Shown piece after piece: positions 45,832 to 53,185 of a stretch of DNA of 64,000 nt. The stretch's first letter is position 1; each line of letters opens with the position of its first letter. The translations under genes were made by a program, and so were the position numbers. The notes under the pieces were generated by a model that ran no database searches, was not told where the DNA came from, and saw nothing but the letters and a program-made list of their open reading frames with translations. This DNA is from an uncultured Gemmatimonadales bacterium (GTDB lineage Bacteria > Gemmatimonadota > Gemmatimonadetes > Gemmatimonadales > GWC2-71-9), in contig CAWHMT010000004.1 in NCBI GenBank assembly GCA_963830455.1, positions 114,644 to 178,643 of the forward strand, read 5' to 3'.

Positions 45832-45848
45832 TTCGGGATATATTCGGG
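45832..45848 (+). promoter_or_regulatory. TTCGGG-N5-TTCGGG box (copy 2) overlapping a TATATT -10; promoter of imuB-dnaE2
   Basis: TTCGGGATATATTCGGG. TATATT at 45839-45844. 19 nt to ATG 45868. Confidence 0.5.
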
Positions 45849-45867
45849 TCCCTTTGGTGACTTGGCA

Positions 45868-47097
45868 ATGTCTCGACGTCCTACGAGCTCGCTCGCTGCC
45901 TGCGTTTGGATCCCCCTCTTCCCGCTGCGCTGTGAAGAGGCGCGTCACGGTGAGCTAGCCGGTTTTCCCACCGCCCTGCTCGCCCCCGATACCACGCGCA
46001 AACTCTGGCAGGTCTCCTCGCCGGCCCGGCACACCGGGGTGAAGCCGGGAATGACGGTCAGCCAGGCGATCGGTCTCTGTCCCACGCTGCACCTCATCGA
46101 GCCCGATCCGGTCCACTACGACGAGCAGTTCGCGCAGCTGCTGGCCGCACTGAGTGAAGTGAGCCCCATCGTGGAGGCGGCCGAGCTGGGGCTCGCGTAC
46201 GTGGGCGTCGATGGGTTGCAGGGCATTTTCGGTTCTCCGGATAAGATCATCGAAGCGATTCGGCAGAACGTCCGTCCGTCAGACCGTCCGACCGTCAGAC
46301 TGGGTTGGGGAGTTGGAAAATTCACAGCTTGGGTGGCCGCAAGCCGCGCCAAGCCGAGCGAAGCGGTCGTGGTCCCGCTGGGACACGAACGGAGTTTTCT
46401 CGCTTCCCAACCCATCGCCGTTCTTCCGCTCGATGCGGACACGCACCATCGCCTGCGCCGGCTCGGCATTCGCACGCTCGGCGCGCTCGCCGCATTGCCC
46501 GAGGCGGCGATCACGGCCCAGTTCGGCGCGACGGGAAAACGGCTGTGGCAGCTGGCCGCGGGCCGAGTCATCGAGCCCGTTCAGGGACGCGTCGCGCCGG
46601 AGCCGATCGCAGCCGCACTCTCATTCTTCTCACCGGTCGGCGAACGCGAGCTGCTCGTTCACGCCCTCGACCAGCTGATCGCGCGCGCGCTCAAACATCC
46701 GCGCCGCATCGGCTGGCGCGTGTACGCATTGCGCGTGCGCGCGGAGATCGAGGGCGGCGGCTCCTGGCTCACCGCGCATCTGTTCAAGGATCCGACCGCC
46801 GACGCGGGCCGCATCGCCGCGCCGCTCCGGATGCGACTCGAGCAGTCACCTCCCACCGGCGCCGTCGAGCGGCTGGTCCTCGAGTTCACCGGCTTCGCTC
46901 CGGGGACGACGGAGCTGCAGTTGTTCGCGCGCGATGCGCAGGCGGCCGCGCGCGCGGGACAGCAGCGCGCGCTGCGCAGCGCGGCACGCGAAATCCGGAT
47001 GCGCGTCAAGCGCACAGTGCTGTATCACATCATCGAGGTGCAGCCATGGTCGCGCCTGCCCGAGCGCCGCTACGCACTGATCGACTACGAGCCGTAA
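45868..47097 (+). CDS. imuB: ImuB, Y-family-polymerase-like subunit of the ImuB/DnaE2 mutasome
   Basis: ATG 45868 (the ORF-track TTG is 2 codons upstream). N-terminus ACVWIPLFPLRCEE lacks the DxD catalytic motif of active DinB. Y-family palm/fingers-like regions (GLAYVGVDGL, LGWGVGKFTAWVAA, LPLDADTHHRLRRLGIRTLGAL). Directly upstream of dnaE2. Confidence 0.8.
   Translation: MSRRPTSSLAACVWIPLFPLRCEEARHGELAGFPTALLAPDTTRKLWQVSSPARHTGVKPGMTVSQAIGLCPTLHLIEPDPVHYDEQFAQLLAALSEVSPIVEAAELGLAYVGVDGLQGIFGSPDKIIEAIRQNVRPSDRPTVRLGWGVGKFTAWVAASRAKPSEAVVVPLGHERSFLASQPIAVLPLDADTHHRLRRLGIRTLGALAALPEAAITAQFGATGKRLWQLAAGRVIEPVQGRVAPEPIAAALSFFSPVGERELLVHALDQLIARALKHPRRIGWRVYALRVRAEIEGGGSWLTAHLFKDPTADAGRIAAPLRMRLEQSPPTGAVERLVLEFTGFAPGTTELQLFARDAQAAARAGQQRALRSAAREIRMRVKRTVLYHIIEVQPWSRLPERRYALIDYEP
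46269..46300. repeat. 8-nt tandem repeat (4 units) inside imuB
   Basis: CGTCCGTC CGTCAGAC CGTCCGAC CGTCAGAC. CCGTCAGAC recurs exactly 16 nt apart. Reverse complement shares the GACGGT core with the 43004-43092 arrays. Confidence 0.5.
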
Positions 47098-47117
47098 ACG
47101 AGCCCCGCCGAGTTGCG

Positions 47118-47354
47118 GTGGAGGTTGATGCGGACGGTGTGCCGGTTGTACTGCGGCGGTCAAAAGACGACGGCGGCGGTCAAGAAACGACTGCGGCGGT
47201 CGTCGAGGTAGTCCTCGAATCATGGCGCGTCGATGACGAATGGTGGAGGCAGCTCATCTCACGTCGGTATTTCGCCGTGTTGCTCGAAGGAGGAACGCGA
47301 GTGGTGCTCTTCGAAGATCTAGTGAGCGGCCAATGGTACATGCAGACCGCCTGA
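47118..47354 (+). CDS. Small conserved-looking ORF between imuB and dnaE2 (resembles what I recall as the DUF6504 family)
   Basis: Hidden in the ORF track as the tail of shadow ORF 46305..47354. From GTG 47118: VEVDADGVPVVLRRSKDDGGGQETTAAVVEVVLESWRVDDEWWRQLISRRYFAVLLEGGTRVVLFEDLVSGQWYMQTA. Trp/aromatic-rich, non-shadow-like composition. Confidence 0.5.
   Translation: MEVDADGVPVVLRRSKDDGGGQETTAAVVEVVLESWRVDDEWWRQLISRRYFAVLLEGGTRVVLFEDLVSGQWYMQTA
47151..47206. repeat. 20-nt tandem array (2.8 units), inverted relative to 47352-47435
   Basis: CTGCGGCGGTCAAAAGACGA CGGCGGCGGTCAAGAAACGA CTGCGGCGGTCGTCGA. Confidence 0.7.
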
Positions 47355-47435
47355 CCGCCGCCTTTGCCTTTTGACCGCCGCCTTTGCCTTTTGACCGCCT
47401 TGACTGCCGCCTTTTCTTTTTGACCGCCGCCTTTC
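47352..47435. repeat. 20-nt tandem array (about 4 units) ending at the dnaE2 ATG
   Basis: TGACCGCCGCCTTTGCCTTT x2 (perfect copies), then TGACCGCCTTGACTGCCGCCTTTTCTTTT and TGACCGCCGCCTTTC, followed by ATG. CTTTTGACCGCCGC is the exact reverse complement of GCGGCGGTCAAAAG in the upstream array. Confidence 0.75.
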
Positions 47436-50400
47436 ATGTACGCCGAGCTCCACTGCCACTCCGCCTACTCGTTCCTCGATGGGGCCTCGCCGCCTGACGA
47501 GCTCCTCGCCGAAGCGCACCGGCTGGGCTACCCCGCCCTCGCGCTCACCGACCGCAACGGAGTCTACGGCTCGCTCGCGTTCGCGCACGCCGCGCAACCG
47601 CTCGGCATGCAGGCGATCACCGGCGCTGCAGTCACGCTGACCGACGGTGCGGAGCTCATTCTGCTCGCCGAATCGGCGGAGGGCTACGCGAACTTGTGTC
47701 GACTGCTCACCCAGGCACATCTGGGCGCCGAGCGGCTCGATCCCCGGCTGCCGCTCAGCGCGATCGAAGCACGTCATGAAGGCTTGATCATCCTGTCGGG
47801 ATCCCGACGCGACGGATTGCTGCCGCGGACGCTCGAATCCGAGGGGCTCAGCGCCGCCCGCAAGCTCGCGGATCAATGCAATGAGATGTTCGGACGCGGT
47901 CGTTTTTTCGTTGAAATCCAGAGGAATCGTGTTCGGGGGGACCTGGCGCTCAGTCGCGCGTTAATCGACGTGGCGGGAGGCTTGCAACTTGGCGTCTTAG
48001 CAACTGGAAACATCCATTATCACGCCCGGAACCGTCACCGCTTACACGACGTGATGGTCGCCATCCGCCACCGGACGACGCTGGACGGCTCCCACCGGGT
48101 CAGAAACCCGAACAGCGAATTTTACTTGCGGCCACTGGACGAAGTCGTTTCGCTGTTCGATGACTGTCCTGATGCTGTCGCCACTTCCTTGGCCATTGCC
48201 GAGCGCTGCAAGGGCTTCGACATCACCCGCGACCTCGGCTACACCTTCCCCGACTTTCGCGGGGCAGAGCGCGCGCCCGCACCGGAGGCGTTGGCCGAGT
48301 TGTGCGACGGACGCCTGCTCGAGCGCTACCCTCCTGGCTCCATTTATCACGCCCAGGCGGTGCGCCGGCTCGACGAAGAGCTGAAACTCATCGAGCATCA
48401 CAAGCTCAGCGGGTTCTTTCTCGTCTATCACGATCTGTTCGATCTCGCGCGCGAGGTCGCGGTCGACGTGCGCCGCGGTTCCCGGCGCGCCAGCGGCAAT
48501 CTGCTCCCCGGCCGGGGCCGCGGCTCCTCGGTGTCCTCCATCGTCTGCTATCTGCTCGGCCTCTCCCATATCGATCCGATCGCCAACAAGCTCTTCCTCG
48601 GCCGTTTTTTGAACGAAACGCTCGCGTCCGTCCCCGACATCGACCTCGATTTTCCTCGCGAGATCCGCGAGGAGCTGATTCGGCGTGTCTATACGCGCTA
48701 CGGCGCTGAGCACGTCGGACTCGTGTGCACGTTCCCGACGTACCGCCTGCGATCGGCGGTGCGCGAAATCGGGAAAGCGCTCGACTTGCCTTTGGGTGAG
48801 ATCGAGCTCGTGGCAAAGCTGTCGGACAGTCGGACCGACGGACTGTCGGACGAGCTGCAACATCTTCCCGGCTTCGAGGGACGCAAGGATGCGCCTCTGT
48901 GGAAAGAGCTGTGTGAGCTGGCGGCGGAGATTCGCGGACTGCCGCGTCACGTGTCGCAGCACCCCGGCGGGATGATCATCTCATCGCGCCCGCTGGTCGA
49001 GCTGGTGCCGCTCGAGCGCGCCGCGATGGAAGACCGCGTCGTGTGCCAGTGGGACAAGGACTCGTGCGACGACGCGCGCTTCATCAAGATCGACTTCCTC
49101 GCGCTCGGCATGCTGTCGCTCGTCGAGGAATGCGTCGAGCTGATCGCGCGCCACACCGGAACGCCGCCGGATCTCTCGCGCATCGATTTCGAGGACCCCG
49201 TCATCTACGACCGCATCTGCGCCGGCGATACGATCGGCCTGTTTCAAATCGAGAGCCGCGCGCAGATCCAGATGATTCGTCGCAGCAGGCCGCGCAATCT
49301 CGAAGACCTCGCGGTCGAAGTCGCGATCGTCCGACCCGGACCGATCGTCGGCGGAGCCGTGAACCCGTACGTGCGCCGGCGCGAGGAGCAACGGCGCGCG
49401 CACGCCGCCGGCCTGCCGTACGAGCCGCCCGTCGACCATCCGCTGCTCCGCGAATGTCTCACCGAAACGCTCGGCGTCATTCTCTACCAGGATCAGGTGC
49501 TGCAGGTGTGCCAGGCGCTCGCAGGATTCACGACCGGACAGTCGGAAGCGCTGCGCCGGGCAATGAGCCGGCGCCGTTCGCACGACTTGATCGCGGGCTT
49601 CTGGGAGGAATTCCGCCAGGGCGCGCTGGCGCGGGGTGTTCCCGAAGCGACCGCCGAGAAGGTGTTCGGCCATGTGACCGCATTCAGCGAGTTCGGGTTT
49701 CCCAAGTCGCACGCCGCTGCGTTCGGCCTGCTCGCCTATCAATCTGCCTGGCTCAGGCACTACCACCCGATCGAGTACTACGTCGCGCTCTTCAATAACC
49801 AGCCGATGGGCTTCTACTCGATCGATGCGCTCGGCCGCGATGCGATGCGCAACGGCATCCAGATGCGACTGCCTGATATCAATCGGAGCGATGTCTGGTG
49901 CACCGTCGAAGCCAACCAGGGTGACGTGGGGGCCCTAAGAGTTGGTTTGGGATTCGTGCGTCACTGGAGCGAAGAAACCGCGACCGCGACAGTCGCAGAG
50001 CGGGAGAAACACGGTCCATTCAAAAGCGTGGGGGACTTCATCCGCCGCGCGCCGGCCAAGCTCAAACGCACCGCCATCGAGGCGCTGATGTGGGTCGGCG
50101 GGTGTGACCGCTTCGGTCTCACCCGGCGCGAGCTGCTCTGGCAGGTCGGGCTGTGGCTGCCACCCAAAGCGTCACGCTCCGGGGACGGCCGGGGCAGGCG
50201 GCAGCTCGAATTGGCCTTGAACCACCCCCACGAGCATCTCCACTTCGGCGAACTGGCCGACCACGAGCGCCTGCTCGCCGAGTACGCTACCCTCGGCTTC
50301 TCGGCGAGCGGGCATCCTTTGTCGTTGGTACGTAAGGCTTTACCATCTGACCTGACACTGAACCAGGATTTGGACAAACTGAAGGCCGGAACACCCTGCC

Positions 50401-50732
50401 TGGTGGCCGGCCTGGTCGTCGCCCGTCAGCGGCCCCAGACCGCCAAGGGAACGGTGTTCCTGCTGGTCGAAGATGAGACCGGCATGACGAACGTGATCGT
50501 GCGGACGGATGTCTACGATCGCTATCGTGCGGCGATTCGCGGTGAGCCGTTCGTGCTCGTACGCGGCAAGCTCGCCAAGGACGATGGGACGGTAAACGTG
50601 CTGGCTGAGGAGGTGCGAGGCTTACAATGCGACATCAAATCCCCGGATCCCGTCCCCAGAGAATCCCCCGCCGCATTCAGCTTCTTACGGGCGATGCGGC
50701 GCGTCGCACCCGGCTCCAAAGACTGGGGCTGA
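47436..50732 (+). CDS. dnaE2: Error-prone DNA polymerase III alpha-like subunit DnaE2 (ImuC)
   Basis: PHP N-terminus MYAELHCHSAYSFLDGAS, GRGSSVSSIVCYLLGLSHIDP, PDIDLDF, OB-fold C-terminus. 1098 aa. Cassette position after imuB. Confidence 0.95.
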   Translation: MYAELHCHSAYSFLDGASPPDELLAEAHRLGYPALALTDRNGVYGSLAFAHAAQPLGMQAITGAAVTLTDGAELILLAESAEGYANLCRLLTQAHLGAERLDPRLPLSAIEARHEGLIILSGSRRDGLLPRTLESEGLSAARKLADQCNEMFGRGRFFVEIQRNRVRGDLALSRALIDVAGGLQLGVLATGNIHYHARNRHRLHDVMVAIRHRTTLDGSHRVRNPNSEFYLRPLDEVVSLFDDCPDAVATSLAIAERCKGFDITRDLGYTFPDFRGAERAPAPEALAELCDGRLLERYPPGSIYHAQAVRRLDEELKLIEHHKLSGFFLVYHDLFDLAREVAVDVRRGSRRASGNLLPGRGRGSSVSSIVCYLLGLSHIDPIANKLFLGRFLNETLASVPDIDLDFPREIREELIRRVYTRYGAEHVGLVCTFPTYRLRSAVREIGKALDLPLGEIELVAKLSDSRTDGLSDELQHLPGFEGRKDAPLWKELCELAAEIRGLPRHVSQHPGGMIISSRPLVELVPLERAAMEDRVVCQWDKDSCDDARFIKIDFLALGMLSLVEECVELIARHTGTPPDLSRIDFEDPVIYDRICAGDTIGLFQIESRAQIQMIRRSRPRNLEDLAVEVAIVRPGPIVGGAVNPYVRRREEQRRAHAAGLPYEPPVDHPLLRECLTETLGVILYQDQVLQVCQALAGFTTGQSEALRRAMSRRRSHDLIAGFWEEFRQGALARGVPEATAEKVFGHVTAFSEFGFPKSHAAAFGLLAYQSAWLRHYHPIEYYVALFNNQPMGFYSIDALGRDAMRNGIQMRLPDINRSDVWCTVEANQGDVGALRVGLGFVRHWSEETATATVAEREKHGPFKSVGDFIRRAPAKLKRTAIEALMWVGGCDRFGLTRRELLWQVGLWLPPKASRSGDGRGRRQLELALNHPHEHLHFGELADHERLLAEYATLGFSASGHPLSLVRKALPSDLTLNQDLDKLKAGTPCLVAGLVVARQRPQTAKGTVFLLVEDETGMTNVIVRTDVYDRYRAAIRGEPFVLVRGKLAKDDGTVNVLAEEVRGLQCDIKSPDPVPRESPAAFSFLRAMRRVAPGSKDWG

Positions 50733-51667
50733 GCCTGGTCCTGATCGCCGCCTGCGGCGGTCAGCCAGAACCCGAGCAGACGGCGCCGGCCGCCGCCCCT
50801 CCCGCGCCGGCTCCCGTTTTCCCTCGCACCCTGTACGCGTTGGACGTCAACGGCACCCGGCTCACGTATCGCCTGATCGGCGACAGTGGCGCCGCGCCGA
50901 TCGTGTTCGTGCACGGGACGCTGGGCGATTACCGTTCCTGGAGCGGTCAGGAAACGGCGTTCGCTCGAGCCTATCGCGTGCTCGTGTACAGCCGTCGCTA
51001 CCATCCACCCAATCCGCAGGTCGTCGACACCAACCAGGTGTACTCGCCCAAGGTGCATGCCGAAGACCTGGCGGCGATGCTGCTCTCGCTCGACATCGCG
51101 CCGGCTCACATCGTGGGTGCCTCGTACGGCGCGTACACCGCGCTGGCACTCGCGCGCGATCACCCCAACCTCGTGCGCTCTCTGGTGCTTGCCGAGCCAC
51201 CCATCCTGCACTTGCTGACCATGTCCGAGGCTGGGGACGCCGCGCGTCGGGCCTTTTCCATCAACGTGCTCGATGTTTCGCGCCGCGCGTTCTCCCGCGG
51301 CGATTCGGTCACCGCGTTGCGCGTGTATTACGACGGAGTGTACGGGAGGGGGCGGTTCGACGAGCTCCCACCGGCGACGCGCGCTGATGTGCTGGCGCAC
51401 GCATTCGAGATGCGACAGGAGATGCTGACGAACCGCGAACAGTACTTTCCGGCTATTTCCTGCGGCGAACTGGGCCGAGTGACGACGCCCGTGCTGCTGG
51501 TGAGGGGCGAGCGCAGCCCGCGGCTGTTTCAGCTCATCACTGACGAGCTGGCGCGCTGCCTGCAGAGCGACACCACCGTCGTGATCCCCGGCGCCGGCCA
51601 TCCACCCAACGTGGGCAACGCGGCCTACTTCAACCAGATGGTGGCTCGCTTCCTGGCATCCCACTAG
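50627..51667 (+). CDS. Alpha/beta-fold hydrolase, lipoprotein
   Basis: IVFVHGTLGDYRSW, nucleophile elbow HIVGASYGAY (GxSxG), lipobox LVLIAAC/GG. ATG 50627 overlaps dnaE2 by 106 nt. In-frame CTGs at 50723 and 50729 (CTGA with the dnaE2 stop) are alternatives. Confidence 0.75.
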   Translation: MRHQIPGSRPQRIPRRIQLLTGDAARRTRLQRLGLSLVLIAACGGQPEPEQTAPAAAPPAPAPVFPRTLYALDVNGTRLTYRLIGDSGAAPIVFVHGTLGDYRSWSGQETAFARAYRVLVYSRRYHPPNPQVVDTNQVYSPKVHAEDLAAMLLSLDIAPAHIVGASYGAYTALALARDHPNLVRSLVLAEPPILHLLTMSEAGDAARRAFSINVLDVSRRAFSRGDSVTALRVYYDGVYGRGRFDELPPATRADVLAHAFEMRQEMLTNREQYFPAISCGELGRVTTPVLLVRGERSPRLFQLITDELARCLQSDTTVVIPGAGHPPNVGNAAYFNQMVARFLASH

Positions 51668-51693
51668 TCCGTGTCGGCGGTTATGCTTTTGTT

Positions 51694-52644
51694 GTGAGAC
51701 GCTTTTGGTTGTTGACCGCCGTTCTCTTTGTTGCCGCTCCGCTCGCCGCGCAGAGCGGCAACGCCGAGCTCCTCGCCGCCGCGCGCACACACATTGCCGC
51801 GCAGCAATGGGACAGCGCTGATGCCGAGTTGTCCGAGGCTCTCGAGCTCGCCCCGTACATCATGGACAGCTCCTGGACCTACATCTGGCGCGGCGTGCTC
51901 GAATTCCAGCAGGGCCGGCAGCAACTCGCTCGCGTCAGCTTCCGGCGCGCGTTGGCACTGCACCCTGATCCGGGCGTGCGTGGACTCGATACGATCTCGA
52001 CCGGTCTCGCGAATCTGTACGATCGCGAGTTCCGCGCGCTGCGGACGTTTCGCAGCTGGGATCTTGATCAGCCCGCACGCTGGACGACTCGGCCGGAGTT
52101 CGTTTACCCCCGCGGGCTGTCGCCCCGGCGGCCGGCGGGAGAGGCGATCGTCCGGGTAATCGTCGATACGGCGGGCCGCGTCGACGACCGTAACATCGAA
52201 ATCATCGCGATTCCCGACTCAGTCTTCAGCGAGCCGTTGCGACAGCTGATGACCGAGGTTGTGTTTACGCCGGCGCGTATTGCTGGAAAGCCGGTGCGCA
52301 GCCTCCTGTATTACCGGGTCAACATCGTTCCGCCCGCACCGCGCGACCCGATCCGTCTCATCGAGCTCGCGCGGGCCGAGCTGCGAGCCGGCCGCGTCGA
52401 TGGCGCCCTTGCACACCTCGAGGCCGCGCTCGATTCGGTCAACCGAGCCACGCCCGCGATTCGCATCTATGCGGAGCTCGTGGAAGGGATGGCGTGGCAC
52501 ACCAGGGGCGATCGAAAACGGGCCGCCCATACATTCGATGCGGCCCTCGCCCATTATGAGGAACTCCGAATGCAGGGCGTGGACTTCGCGCCGTTGCTGC
52601 GCAGTCTGGCCGACTCCATCCGCTTGACAGCCCGGCGAGAATGA
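51694..52644 (+). CDS. TonB C-terminal-domain protein flanked by TPR-like helices
   Basis: Signal [52 protein letters not shown]...[13 protein letters not shown] fits the TonB_C fold. Confidence 0.6.
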   Translation: MRRFWLLTAVLFVAAPLAAQSGNAELLAAARTHIAAQQWDSADAELSEALELAPYIMDSSWTYIWRGVLEFQQGRQQLARVSFRRALALHPDPGVRGLDTISTGLANLYDREFRALRTFRSWDLDQPARWTTRPEFVYPRGLSPRRPAGEAIVRVIVDTAGRVDDRNIEIIAIPDSVFSEPLRQLMTEVVFTPARIAGKPVRSLLYYRVNIVPPAPRDPIRLIELARAELRAGRVDGALAHLEAALDSVNRATPAIRIYAELVEGMAWHTRGDRKRAAHTFDAALAHYEELRMQGVDFAPLLRSLADSIRLTARRE

Positions 52645-52648
52645 AAGC

Positions 52649-53185
52649 ATGACAACCCAGCTCGCCACGCTCGCCGGCGGCTGCTTCTGGTGTCTCGAAG
52701 CGGTCTTCGAGCAGCTCAAAGGTGTGAAGAAGGTCGAGTCCGGCTACTCGGGTGGACACGTCCCCAACCCGAGCTATGAAGCGGTGTGCTCAGGCACGAC
52801 GGGGCACGCCGAGGTCACGCAGGTCACGTTTGCTCCCGACGTGATCTCGTTCCGCGATCTGCTCGGCGTGTTCTTCTCGATCCACGATCCCACGACGCCC
52901 GACCGCCAGGGTGGCGACGTAGGCACGCAGTACCGCTCGGCGGTCTTCTATCATGACGACGAACAGCGGCGTGTTGCGGAGGATCTCGTCCGTGAGCTCG
53001 AGGCCGAGCACGTCTTTGACGATCCGATCGTGACTAAGATCGAGCCGCTCAAGGCGTTCTATCCGGCCGAGGAGTATCACCGGGAGTACTACAGCAGGAA
53101 TCCCAACCAGGCATACTGCCGCGCTGTGATCGCGCCGAAAGTGGCGAAGCTGCGCAGCAAGTACCTCGAAAAACTGAAGGCCTAG
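52649..53185 (+). CDS. msrA: Peptide-methionine (S)-S-oxide reductase
   Basis: [11 protein letters not shown] active site, [16 protein letters not shown]. Confidence 0.95.
   Translation: MTTQLATLAGGCFWCLEAVFEQLKGVKKVESGYSGGHVPNPSYEAVCSGTTGHAEVTQVTFAPDVISFRDLLGVFFSIHDPTTPDRQGGDVGTQYRSAVFYHDDEQRRVAEDLVRELEAEHVFDDPIVTKIEPLKAFYPAEEYHREYYSRNPNQAYCRAVIAPKVAKLRSKYLEKLKA

Noticed and set aside
47151-47435. The repeat arrays here and at 43004-43092, considered as a CRISPR array.
   Set aside because: The units are 8-20 nt and directly abutting, with no unique spacers of about 30 nt. The arrays are inverted relative to each other, and there are no cas genes in the window.
50627-50760. Twin-arginine (Tat) signal in the long leader of the alpha/beta hydrolase (PRRIQLL).
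   Set aside because: The RR pair lies about 17 residues from the hydrophobic core rather than directly before it, so the pattern does not fit the Tat consensus.
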